Origin: Gemmatimonas sp.
GTDB taxonomy: Bacteria; Gemmatimonadota; Gemmatimonadetes; Gemmatimonadales; Gemmatimonadaceae
Direction: 5' to 3'
DNA: 64,000 nucleotides
Assembly: GCA_965279375.1 (NCBI GenBank)
Contig: OZ257156.1
Coordinates: 96,001 to 160,000, forward strand
In this document: one piece after another, positions 47,858 to 57,083 of the stretch
How the letters are laid out: each line of letters opens with the position of its first letter
How positions within the stretch are numbered: the first letter of the stretch is position 1
Translations under genes and position numbers: made by a program
Notes under the pieces: model-generated
The model's input: the letters and a program-made list of their open reading frames with translations, nothing else
Databases searched by the model: none
What the model was told of the DNA's origin: nothing

Positions 47858-49372
47858 ATGTCCAACGACCCCACCGTGCCGAACAACGCGATCCCTTTCG
47901 CGCTGTCCCCGGACGCTTCCCTCGCCGATCCGTCCCTGCTCGACGGGGTGGACGTCAATGGCATCGCGCGCCGCGACTTCCTGCGCATCGCCACGGCCGG
48001 CGCGGGGGCCATTCTCGCCACCGGAAGCGCTGCCTGTGCGTCGGTCCCCGCGGCGACGGTTCGTGGCATCGAGCCACAGAAGCGTGGGGCGGGCAACAGT
48101 GTGGGACATGTCGTCGTGATCGGCGCGGGTGCGTGGGGCGGATGGACCTCATACCATCTGCGGCAGCGCGGGGTCCGCGTCACGCTCATCGACGCCTATG
48201 GCGCCGGCAATTCACGCTCCACCAGCGGCGATGAGTCCCGGGGCATTCGCTCCTCGTACGGCGATCGCGCCACGGGCGAGCTCTGGACGCCGTGGGCACG
48301 CGAAGCCATCAAGCGCTGGGGCGCCTTCGAAGCGGAGTGGGGCCCGGTCTTCCGCACCAAGTTCTATCACCAGACCGGCGACATCATCATGCGCGAGAAG
48401 GACGAGCCGTTCCTCAAGCGCACGATCGAACTCTGGAAGGCCAACAACGTCGCGCACGAAGTCCTGACGGGTGATGAGGTCCGCAAGCGCTGGCCAGTCA
48501 TCAATGCCGACGACACCACCATCGCCATTTACGAGCCCGACGCCGGCGTCGCGCGCGCGCGGGCGTCCACGCAGGCCGTGGCCGCCATCGCGATCAAGAT
48601 GGGCGCAACCTTCATTCAGTCGCGCGTGACACCCGGCCCGATCAAGAACGGACAGATGGATGGCGTCGTGCTGCAGAACGGCGACATCGTGCGCGGCGAC
48701 TCGTACGTGTTCGCCTGCGGGCCGTGGCTGCGGAAGCTCTTCCCATACATGGAGAACCGGATGCGCGTGCCGCTGGGCTACGTCACCTACTGGGGCACGC
48801 CGGTTGGCGATTCGCGGTTCACGTATCCCAACCTGCCGAGCTACAACTTTCCGGGTGTGACGGGGTGGGCGGCGCTTCCCACGGACATGCGCGGTTTCCG
48901 CGTGCGTGGTGGCATTGCCGCACCGCAACCAGTGGAGACGCCAGAGCAGCGCGCGGAACGCGAGGCACGAGCAAAGAACGCGCCGCCTCCACCGCCGCCG
49001 GATCCGCTGCAGAACGATCCCGACACCAGCACGCGCTGGGCTGCGCCAAGCAACGTCGACGGCATGCGTCGCTTCGTGCAGCGCCGCTTCCCGCTGCTCG
49101 CGAATGCGCCGCTGCTCGAGACGCGCTGCTGCCACTACGAGCAGAGCATCAATCGCGACTTCATCGTCGACCATGTCCCCGACACCACCAACGCCTGGAT
49201 CGCGGGCGTCGGTCAGGCCGAAGGATTCAAGTTCGGCCCGGTGGTGGGCGAATACGTCGCACAGCGCGTGTTGGGCGTCACCGGCGATCCCAAGCTCGTC
49301 GCCGCCTTCAAGCTGCCCACCGACCAATACGAAGCGCCGCGCCCGCCGGGTGGCGACGACTTCGAGGAGTAG
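47858..49372 (+). CDS. Tat-exported FAD-dependent oxidoreductase (sarcosine/amino acid oxidase-like)
   Basis: Tat motif ARRDFLR; VIGAGAWG, STSGDESR, DFIVD and GFKFGPVVG motifs. Start ATG 47858. Confidence 0.88.
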   Translation: MSNDPTVPNNAIPFALSPDASLADPSLLDGVDVNGIARRDFLRIATAGAGAILATGSAACASVPAATVRGIEPQKRGAGNSVGHVVVIGAGAWGGWTSYHLRQRGVRVTLIDAYGAGNSRSTSGDESRGIRSSYGDRATGELWTPWAREAIKRWGAFEAEWGPVFRTKFYHQTGDIIMREKDEPFLKRTIELWKANNVAHEVLTGDEVRKRWPVINADDTTIAIYEPDAGVARARASTQAVAAIAIKMGATFIQSRVTPGPIKNGQMDGVVLQNGDIVRGDSYVFACGPWLRKLFPYMENRMRVPLGYVTYWGTPVGDSRFTYPNLPSYNFPGVTGWAALPTDMRGFRVRGGIAAPQPVETPEQRAEREARAKNAPPPPPPDPLQNDPDTSTRWAAPSNVDGMRRFVQRRFPLLANAPLLETRCCHYEQSINRDFIVDHVPDTTNAWIAGVGQAEGFKFGPVVGEYVAQRVLGVTGDPKLVAAFKLPTDQYEAPRPPGGDDFEE

Positions 49373-49390
49373 ACCGCGGCAAGCCTGCGC

Positions 49391-51832
49391 TTACGTCGTC
49401 GCGAATCGACGCAAGCGCAGGCTGTTGGCGACGACGCTCACCGAGCTCATCGCCATTGCTGCGCTGGCAAGAATGGGGCTGAGCAACACGCCAAGCGCTG
49501 GATACAGCACGCCCGCCGCAACGGGCACGCACACTGCGTTGTAGGCGAACGCCCAGAAGAGATTCTGCTTCATGGTGCGCATCGTGCGCCGCGAGAGATC
49601 GATCGCGCGCACGATGCCCAGCAGATCGGCGCGCATGAGCACCAGATCGGCCGCCTGCTGCGCCACATCAGTACCAGTGCCGATCGCAATGCCCACATCG
49701 GCCTGCGCCAACGCCGGCGCATCGTTGACGCCGTCACCCACCATCGCCACCACACGCCCCTCGCGCTGCAGCCGCGTGATTTCGGCGATCTTGCCCGCTG
49801 GCAATACGCCGGCAACGACGCGCGTGACCCCGACCGCGCTCGCCACCGCATCGGCGGTCTGCTGATTGTCTCCCGTCAGCATCACCACATCGAGGCCGAG
49901 CGCGCGCAACTTCGCGATCGCATCGCGCGAGGTCGAACGGATGGGATCGGCCACGGCGATGATACCAGCGACCACTCCGTCGATCGCGACGTACATCGGC
50001 GTGCGCGCCTGCGCCGCGAGCGCGGCGGCCGTCGTCTGCAACGGCGTGACATCGAGACTCCATTCGCTCATCAGCGCGGCGTTGCCCACCTGCACCGCGC
50101 GATCGCTCACCACCCCCGATGCGCCACGACCCACCGCCGCATCAAACGCCTGTACCTCAGCCAGACCAACACCCTGCTCCGTCGCATAGCGCACAATGGC
50201 CGACGCAAGCGGATGCTCACTGCGTGATTCGAGGGTTGCCACCAATCGCAGCAGCTCGTCGCGCGAGACATCGGCACCTTCGCGTAGCACCACGTCGGTC
50301 ACACTCGGCCGCCCTTCGGTCACCGTGCCCGTCTTGTCCAGCACCACTGTCGTGACGTCGCCCGCACGCTGCAGCGCGTCGCCACCCTTGATGAGCACAC
50401 CCAGCTCCGCACCCTTCCCCGTCGCCACCATCACCGCCGTCGGCACGGCAAGTCCCATCGCGCACGGACAAGCAATGATGAGGACCGCCACCATCGCGGC
50501 GAACGCGCGTACAGTGGCCGCGCCAATCGTTGCACCACTCGTGTGCATCGCCACGAACCACACAACGAAGGTTGCCACGGCGAGCGCAAGGATGACCGGA
50601 ACGAAAATCGCGCTGATGCGATCGGCCAGCGCCTGAATGGGTGCGCGCGTGCCCTGTGCGTCGCGCATGAGTCGCACGATCTGCGCGAGCACACTCGCGT
50701 CGCCAACTGTGGTGGCGCGAAAGCGAAAGGCGCCGGTGCCGTTGATGGTGCCGCCAATCACCGCATCGTGCACGGCCTTGGCCACCGGCATCGGCTCACC
50801 GGTCAGCATACTCTCATCGATGGCACTGGTACCCTCGATGATGACGCCGTCCACCGGCACACGCTCACCCGGTCGCACGAGCACGTTGTCGTCGCGGCGC
50901 ACATCAGCCACTGCCACGTCGATATCCGCAGTACCACCCTCGGGGGTCGGTCGAGCGACACGCGCGGTCGCCGGCTGCAACTGCGCAAGTGCACGCAACG
51001 CACCCGACGTCTGCTGCTTGGCGCGCGCCTCGAACGTGTTGCCTACGAGAATGAGAGCGATGATCAACACCACGGCTTCGTAGTAGACATCCGGCGCGAC
51101 ACCGTGTGTCACGAAAAATCCGGGCGCGACGGTGGCAACGACGGAGTACGAGAACGCGGCCAACGTGCCTACGGCGATCAGCGTGTTCATGTCCGCCGCG
51201 TGGTGCGTGAACGACTGCCACGCCCGCACATAAAAGTGCCGCCCGGCCCACGTCATGATACCGAGTGTGGTGAACAGCAGCGACCACGTGATGACGGCCG
51301 GCGGAATCGCGTAGAGCCACGGGGCCAGCGACTGCAGCATGGGCGTCAGCGCGCCCATCGCACGCTGCATGAAGGGATCCATCTGAACGCCGGCACCACC
51401 CGCCATCCCCGACATGCCATCGACTGATGCGTGCGACGTCATCAGTGGCATCGTGATGATCATGGCGAACGCACCGGCCAGCAGACTCACGATCGCCTGT
51501 CGCTTGAGCGTGGCGTATTCCTCCGCCTGCTGCGCATCACGCTCAGCCTGTTCTTCAAACGGATCGACGTGCGCTTGAGGCAGTGCCGCGCCGTACCCCG
51601 TGCGCTCGATGGCACTCACCAGCGTCGCCGGCGCGGTCGCGGCGCCGTCGAAGGTGACCGTCGCGCTCCCCATCATCAGGTTGACCGCCGCGTCCGACAC
51701 ACCGGGCTGCTTGAGCAGGGTGCGCTGCACGCGCGCGGAACAGGCAGCGCAGGTCATCCCCGTCACAGGAATGACCACCGTGGTACCGCGGTGCTCTTCG
51801 CTCTTCTGCGCGGGCGCGACCGCTGTCGTCAC
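49391..51832 (-). CDS. copA: Copper-translocating P1B-type ATPase
   Basis: GMTCAAC HMA domain; TGE, CPC, DKTGT, SEHP, GDGVND, YN and MAMSS motifs. GTG start 51832 with a GGAGG RBS. Confidence 0.93.
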   Translation of the reverse strand: MTTAVAPAQKSEEHRGTTVVIPVTGMTCAACSARVQRTLLKQPGVSDAAVNLMMGSATVTFDGAATAPATLVSAIERTGYGAALPQAHVDPFEEQAERDAQQAEEYATLKRQAIVSLLAGAFAMIITMPLMTSHASVDGMSGMAGGAGVQMDPFMQRAMGALTPMLQSLAPWLYAIPPAVITWSLLFTTLGIMTWAGRHFYVRAWQSFTHHAADMNTLIAVGTLAAFSYSVVATVAPGFFVTHGVAPDVYYEAVVLIIALILVGNTFEARAKQQTSGALRALAQLQPATARVARPTPEGGTADIDVAVADVRRDDNVLVRPGERVPVDGVIIEGTSAIDESMLTGEPMPVAKAVHDAVIGGTINGTGAFRFRATTVGDASVLAQIVRLMRDAQGTRAPIQALADRISAIFVPVILALAVATFVVWFVAMHTSGATIGAATVRAFAAMVAVLIIACPCAMGLAVPTAVMVATGKGAELGVLIKGGDALQRAGDVTTVVLDKTGTVTEGRPSVTDVVLREGADVSRDELLRLVATLESRSEHPLASAIVRYATEQGVGLAEVQAFDAAVGRGASGVVSDRAVQVGNAALMSEWSLDVTPLQTTAAALAAQARTPMYVAIDGVVAGIIAVADPIRSTSRDAIAKLRALGLDVVMLTGDNQQTADAVASAVGVTRVVAGVLPAGKIAEITRLQREGRVVAMVGDGVNDAPALAQADVGIAIGTGTDVAQQAADLVLMRADLLGIVRAIDLSRRTMRTMKQNLFWAFAYNAVCVPVAAGVLYPALGVLLSPILASAAMAMSSVSVVANSLRLRRFATT

Positions 51833-51924
51833 GACGCGCCTCCGTCCGCGACGAAGAAATACCAGTACACCCACCCGATCACCGCGGCCCCGCCGGCAAT
51901 CACGGCCCAGTCCACGAGCATCAT
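51829..51924 (-). CDS. 31-aa single-TM peptide translationally coupled to copA
   Basis: [40 protein letters not shown]; its stop overlaps the copA GTG (GTGA). Confidence 0.65.
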   Translation of the reverse strand: MMLVDWAVIAGGAAVIGWVYWYFFVADGGAS

Positions 51925-51944
51925 ACGGCCTCCCTGATGGCCGA

Positions 51945-51973
51945 AGGCTATATACCCCCACCCCCTATGTCAA
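51945..51973 (-). promoter_or_regulatory. Sigma70 promoter of the copA operon with a CsoR/RcnR-like operator in the spacer
   Basis: Minus strand reads TTGACA-N17-TAGCCT. The -35/spacer region reads ATAGGGGGTGGGGGTAT (G-tracts flanked by ATA/TAT). Confidence 0.75.
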
Positions 51974-52002
51974 CGAGGGGCGCCGGCAGGCAGGTTGGGC
52001 GT

Positions 52003-52386
52003 ATGGAACAGGACGGCAGGTCTGACGAGCGCAAGGCGGACGCGGACCCTGACGGTCACCGCGAGTCAGCCGCGCATGCGTCAGCGGCGCTCGTCAGTGT
52101 GCGCTTGGCGCAGAACGCGCTCGTACTGCGCAACGACTCCGGCAGGCGCGTGGGATGCGTCGTCGTGGACGCCGAGTTGATGATGATCGCGCAGTTCCCG
52201 CCGAGCGGCGCGGCGATGATTGCGCTCGAGCCGGGCGCCGAAGCGACGGTGCCATTCGCAGAGATTCTTGGGCACACGGCCGATTCTCGCATGGCCACGT
52301 TGCATTGCTGGCCGCTCCGCGCGCACGGCGAGCCACTCGACGCCGATGACTACGTGCGATCGAGTGAAGTCACGCTGCGCTCGTGA
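52003..52386 (+). CDS. Hypothetical protein
   Basis: Open frame filling the gap between the copA promoter and the radical SAM gene; no motif recognised. Confidence 0.35.
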   Translation: MEQDGRSDERKADADPDGHRESAAHASAALVSVRLAQNALVLRNDSGRRVGCVVVDAELMMIAQFPPSGAAMIALEPGAEATVPFAEILGHTADSRMATLHCWPLRAHGEPLDADDYVRSSEVTLRS

Positions 52387-53809
52387 GCGGCGAGAGCGCC
52401 GCGTAGTAGCGTTCGCGAATGCCAAGCGCGTTGACCTCGCACATCGAGAGCAACTGCCCGTTGATCGGTACACGGAAGACGCAGTGCGCCAGTCGCTCCT
52501 GACCTGCGGGTGACTCCAGCTCTTCTCGACTCATGAAGTGGTGACTGACGATCACCAGCGACGAGATGCGAGACGTGCCACGTACGAGGCGAACCGCGCC
52601 GCGCCACAGGCTTCCCTCCCCGATGCGCCGGAGCCAATGCGCGATGAACGGCGGCAGGATACCGGCGAAGAATCCCGGCGACCGACGCAGCAGCCCTGCG
52701 GCACGTGCGAACATCTGCGCGCGATCGTCGAGACGAAACGAGACTCCACCAAACCGCGAGAGAAAGCCGTCGACCGCTCGCACATCGACGTCGGACTCGG
52801 CATCACGGAGCGCGTGGAACACCGGCTCGTCGTCACGATGTCGCACGACGAATCCATTCACCATGCGATTGCACGCCTGATGCCCGAACCACACACCCAT
52901 GCGCTGCGTGCGTGCGGCGCCCCCCGCGACGCCCAGACCATCGGCCACCCGATCCCACAGCGCATCAACGGAAACGCCTCCACCCAGCCCGTCCTCCGTT
53001 CGACCAACCTGCGCGATCGGCTGAAAGCTGATCAAGCGAAATGCGTCGGTGTTGTGCGTCAGCCAGCGCACGACATCCGGCACGCCATCGAGATTGTCTC
53101 GTGTGACGGTCATGGTGGTCGCCGCACGCAGCTTTCGTCCGGTTGTCCGCTCCGCCTCACGGATCATCGCGGCGAACTCCGCGCGCAACGGATTCAGCTC
53201 CGCTTCGCTGGTCGCGCGGCGATACACCTCTCCGACGCGACCGCGCTGCGTCGTATCCACGTGAATGCTCACCTCGACCAGATTCCCGTCGACCATCAGT
53301 CGTTCCAGCAAGCCGGGACGTCGGCGAAACGAATCGCCGTGCGTCATCAGCATGGGGATGAGGCCGAGCGACTGCGCATAGCGCAACAGTTCGACAACCT
53401 CTTCGACGGGGCGGAGCGTCACCTCGCCATCGGTGAGCTGCAGATTGCCCGCGTGTCCCAGCACCGGGCGAAGCGCGCGCATCTGTGCCTTGATTCCGTC
53501 CAGCGACTCCGGCGGAATGCGATTGGCATCCGAGTTCAGATAGCACCCGCGGCAGGCAAAATCGCAGCGTGGCATGGCGCCGATGGTCGCACCGCAGCCA
53601 TTTCCCTGCCGCCCGAACATCTGCTGCGGCACGCGCATCGCCGGATCGAGCGTCGCCCAGTTCTCGGCCAACAGCCGACGCGCTTCCTCGCCCACAGGCC
53701 GGCGCATGATCTGCACCAGCGATTCTCCGAACGCAGACATCGCTTGAGCGGATGATCCATCGACCGAACGATCGACCGAACTATCGACCAGACTATCGAC
53801 GAGCGGCAT
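52370..53809 (-). CDS. Radical SAM protein, uncharacterised subfamily
   Basis: CDFACRGC (Cx3Cx2C), LQLTDGEVTL (GGE-like) and LMTHGD motifs. Start may instead be ATG 53740. Confidence 0.88.
   Translation of the reverse strand: MPLVDSLVDSSVDRSVDGSSAQAMSAFGESLVQIMRRPVGEEARRLLAENWATLDPAMRVPQQMFGRQGNGCGATIGAMPRCDFACRGCYLNSDANRIPPESLDGIKAQMRALRPVLGHAGNLQLTDGEVTLRPVEEVVELLRYAQSLGLIPMLMTHGDSFRRRPGLLERLMVDGNLVEVSIHVDTTQRGRVGEVYRRATSEAELNPLRAEFAAMIREAERTTGRKLRAATTMTVTRDNLDGVPDVVRWLTHNTDAFRLISFQPIAQVGRTEDGLGGGVSVDALWDRVADGLGVAGGAARTQRMGVWFGHQACNRMVNGFVVRHRDDEPVFHALRDAESDVDVRAVDGFLSRFGGVSFRLDDRAQMFARAAGLLRRSPGFFAGILPPFIAHWLRRIGEGSLWRGAVRLVRGTSRISSLVIVSHHFMSREELESPAGQERLAHCVFRVPINGQLLSMCEVNALGIRERYYAALSPLTSAA
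53759..53806. repeat. Four degenerate 12-bp tandem repeats
   Basis: ATCGACCGAACG / ATCGACCGAACT / ATCGACCAGACT / ATCGACGAGCGG at the DUF547-radical SAM junction. Confidence 0.7.
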
Positions 53810-54617
53810 TCGCCTGGCTGTTGAGCGTCCAGTCGTAGTTGGTCACTTCGACGGTGTAGCTGCCGCTCAGGAGCAGATCACGCTGCGGGCCCGCCGGATA
53901 GTACTTCGCGATGAACTTGCCGACGCTCGCCTTGCTGCCACCGAAGTCCTGGATGTAGTCGCGAAACTCCACGAAGATCGGACTCACGTGGATCGTGCGT
54001 GACGCCACGTCCACGCGGTTCTTCTCGGGTGACTGCAGCAGAAACGTGCGTGCCTGATCGTCCAGCTGCGCGTCGAGCGATGCGCCCGTGTAGGCCTCGC
54101 TCCGAAGTGGCGGACAGCCCATCGCCGCGCACACCAGCGCAAAGTGAATGCGCGGTTCGCTGTAGCGTGGTCGGATGATGTCCTGCTCGATCTCGTCCAA
54201 CCCGTACGCCTTCTTGCCCACGACAGCCATCTTCTCTTTCCAAGGGCCGTATGCCTTCACGAATCCGAGGCTCTTGTTGATGTTGCGGATCGATTCGCGC
54301 TCGCGGTGCGCGTTGATGAGCTGGATGGTGTACGCGTTGTACGCGTTGATCCAGAACGCGAGCTGTTCGCTTCTCGGCAGGCTGGCGGGGTCGGTCGCTG
54401 CCAGCTTGGCGAGGTAGCGTTGAAATTCGGCGGACTTGGCGAAGGCATCGTAGTTGACCATGCCTTTCACGACGTGGGCGCGAAGCAGGGCATCGAACGC
54501 GCTATGGTCCATGACCGCGACCTGCGTCATGCCAGACTGCGGAGAACCGGAGCCCACAGCGCCGAGCGACTGTTCGGCGGGGAGCATGACGAGGAGGAGT
54601 AGGTGTGCGAACCGCAT
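53793..54617 (-). CDS. DUF547 domain protein, secreted
   Basis: LAFWINAYNA and EPRIHFALVCAAMGCPPL motifs; YDWTLN terminus. Confidence 0.92.
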   Translation of the reverse strand: MRFAHLLLLVMLPAEQSLGAVGSGSPQSGMTQVAVMDHSAFDALLRAHVVKGMVNYDAFAKSAEFQRYLAKLAATDPASLPRSEQLAFWINAYNAYTIQLINAHRERESIRNINKSLGFVKAYGPWKEKMAVVGKKAYGLDEIEQDIIRPRYSEPRIHFALVCAAMGCPPLRSEAYTGASLDAQLDDQARTFLLQSPEKNRVDVASRTIHVSPIFVEFRDYIQDFGGSKASVGKFIAKYYPAGPQRDLLLSGSYTVEVTNYDWTLNSQANAARR

Positions 54618-54801
54618 GGCAGCATGGGGCTGGGGGTGAACCGACGCACAATGCTACGCCACTGTCAGCCGGTTGGATCTATCCCGCGCACGCTGCCGCG
54701 ACGTACATCCGGCGTGGGCCGGACGACGTAGCAGGCGACACGCGGTACCCGGCTCGTGGCCGCGTCGTGCCCATCGCCGTTCGCCTCCTTACACTTCCAA
54801 C

Positions 54802-55524
54802 GTGCCTTCTTCCTCCGAACAACGGCCAGCAACGAAGTCCGCAGGCCTCCTGCGACTGCTCCTCGTCGTCGCCATCACCCTGACGCTCCTGCTGCTCCTT
54901 GGCCGGTCGGGCGCCGCGTACCTGCCGCGATTCGTGGACTGGGTGCGGTCCCTGGGAGCGCTGGGGCCGATAGTGTTCGTGCTCGGCTACATCGTGGCCG
55001 CCATTGCCGGAGTGCCGGGCTCGCTGCTGACCTTCGCCGCCGGCGCCATCTTCGGCCTGGGCTTTGGTGTCGTCTATGTATTCGTTGGCGCCACGCTCGG
55101 TGCATCCGCTGCGTTTCTCGTATCACGCTACGTCGCGCGAGGGGCCGTGGAGAAGCGTGTTTCATCCAACGCGCGTTTCCAGTCACTCGACCGCGCTATC
55201 GCGGCCGACGGTCGACGCATCGTATTCCTGTTGCGACTCTCGCCCGTCTTTCCGTTTTCCCTGCTCAACTACGCACTTGGCCTGACCCGCGTCCGTTTCG
55301 CGGACTATCTCATCGCATCGGTTGGCATGCTTCCGGGCACGGTGTTGTACGTGTACTACGGAAAACTGGCAGGCGACGTGGCGTCGGCCGCATCAGGAGG
55401 CACGCCACGCGGCGCAGGCTACTATGCCGTCGTCGGACTTGGGCTGCTCGCGACCATCGCCGTGACCACGATCATCACACGAGTCGCTCGCACGTCGCTA
55501 CGAAACGCAGAGGCCGCGCGATGA
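54802..55524 (+). CDS. TVP38/TMEM64 (DedA-like) membrane protein
   Basis: VPGSLLTFAAGAIFG, GATLGA..F..SRY and LLRLSPVFPFSLLNYALG motifs. Start taken as GTG 54802. Confidence 0.92.
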   Translation: MPSSSEQRPATKSAGLLRLLLVVAITLTLLLLLGRSGAAYLPRFVDWVRSLGALGPIVFVLGYIVAAIAGVPGSLLTFAAGAIFGLGFGVVYVFVGATLGASAAFLVSRYVARGAVEKRVSSNARFQSLDRAIAADGRRIVFLLRLSPVFPFSLLNYALGLTRVRFADYLIASVGMLPGTVLYVYYGKLAGDVASAASGGTPRGAGYYAVVGLGLLATIAVTTIITRVARTSLRNAEAAR

Positions 55525-57083
55525 ACGACAGGAATTCGGACACAGGCAAGGCGCCGGAACTCCGCTCGCCGCATCCCACGCTGAGCGACAACGACGCGGA
55601 CGATCAGCGTCTCCGTGCGCAGGTGCACCCGACCTCGTGGCAGAACCCCGTCGCGGCATCGCGCTATCATCTGGTAGTCATCGGCGCAGGCACGGGCGGA
55701 CTCGTGACGGCAGCTGCGGCGGCAGGACTAGGCGCGCGCGTCGCCCTGATCGAACGCCATCTCATGGGTGGCGACTGCCTGAACGTCGGCTGCGTTCCGT
55801 CGAAAGCGATGATCCGTGCGGCGCGCGCGTGGCACGAAGGGCGGGTTGGCGTCGAACGATTTGGAGCACCTGCTGCAGAGCCGGATGGCGATTTTTCCGC
55901 GGTCATGCAACGTGTGCGTCGCCTGCGCGCCGACCTCTCGCCCATCGACGGAGCGGAGCGCTTTCGCGGGCTTGGCGTCGACGTGTTCCTGGGCGACGGA
56001 CACTTCGTGAATGAGCAGACCATCGCCGTGGGCGGGCAGGAACTCTCCTTCCGTCGCGCCGTCATCGCCACGGGGGGCCGTGCGCGCGTTCCGCAGATTC
56101 CCGGGTTGTCCGACGTGCCGTTCTACACAAACGACAGCATCTTCAGCCTCACCACACGTCCGCAGCATCTGGTCGTCATCGGCGCCGGCCCCATCGGATG
56201 CGAACTGTCGCAGACATTCGCGCGCGTGGGCACGCGTGTCACGCTGATCAACCGCGCGCGCAGTCTCAGTCCGTGCAAGGATGCGGAGGCTGCGGGCATC
56301 GTAGAGTCTTCGCTACTCCGCGACGGCGTGATGGTGCTCAACCAAACGCAGGTGGTGGGCGCTGAACATCGCGATGGACAGACCACGCTGCAGGTCAAGG
56401 GGATCCAGCACGACACCGTGCTCCGCTGCGATGCGGTGCTTCTCGCTGTCGGTCGCGTGCCTAACGTCGAGTCGCTGCAACTCGATCGCGCGCATGTGAC
56501 TCGTACGACTGAAGGAGGCGTAGCCGTCGACGATCGCCTGTGCACCAGCAACCCGCGCGTCTACGCGGTAGGAGATGTGTGCTCCGCCGAGCAGTTCACA
56601 CACTCGGCGGATTTTCAGGCGCGGCTCGTGGTGCAGAATGCGCTGTTCTTTGGACGCGGCAAGGCCAGCGCGTTGATCACGCCACGAGTGACGTACACGA
56701 GTCCCGAAGTGGCGAGCATCGGCCTGACGGAGCAGGAGGCCGCAGCTGCCGGTACGCCGGTGGATGTCGTCACGGTTCCGCTCCACGACGTGGATCGCGC
56801 GCGACTCGATGACGAGACCGACGGCTTCTGCAGAGTCGTCCTCGCTAAAGGCACGGATCGCATCGTGGGGGCCACCATTGTCGCAGAGCACGCGGGCGAG
56901 AACATCGGCGAGGTGGCGCTGGCGATGACCGCCAAGCTGGGACTCAGTGCCATTGGCCAGACGATGCACCCGTATCCCACGCAAGGCGAGATGCTGCGCA
57001 AGACGGCCGATCAATGGCGTCGCCGGAAGTTGACGCCAACGGTACGCGCACTCTTTGCGCGCTACTTCGCACTCGTGCGCTAG
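55521..57083 (+). CDS. Mercuric-reductase-like pyridine nucleotide-disulfide oxidoreductase lacking the MerA C-terminal Cys pair
   Basis: GAGTGG, GGDCLNVGCVPSK, GAGPIGCE and HPYPT motifs; ATGA overlap with TVP38. Confidence 0.88.
   Translation: MNDRNSDTGKAPELRSPHPTLSDNDADDQRLRAQVHPTSWQNPVAASRYHLVVIGAGTGGLVTAAAAAGLGARVALIERHLMGGDCLNVGCVPSKAMIRAARAWHEGRVGVERFGAPAAEPDGDFSAVMQRVRRLRADLSPIDGAERFRGLGVDVFLGDGHFVNEQTIAVGGQELSFRRAVIATGGRARVPQIPGLSDVPFYTNDSIFSLTTRPQHLVVIGAGPIGCELSQTFARVGTRVTLINRARSLSPCKDAEAAGIVESSLLRDGVMVLNQTQVVGAEHRDGQTTLQVKGIQHDTVLRCDAVLLAVGRVPNVESLQLDRAHVTRTTEGGVAVDDRLCTSNPRVYAVGDVCSAEQFTHSADFQARLVVQNALFFGRGKASALITPRVTYTSPEVASIGLTEQEAAAAGTPVDVVTVPLHDVDRARLDDETDGFCRVVLAKGTDRIVGATIVAEHAGENIGEVALAMTAKLGLSAIGQTMHPYPTQGEMLRKTADQWRRRKLTPTVRALFARYFALVR

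Noticed and set aside
54756..55520. N-terminal extension of the reductase ORF suggesting a frameshifted TVP38-reductase fusion
   Set aside because: The extension is a nonsense-like alternate frame over TVP38, and the two genes join by a normal ATGA overlap.
55521..57083. Call as true mercuric reductase merA
   Set aside because: No C-terminal Cys-Cys pair, no NmerA domain, and no merR/T/P nearby.
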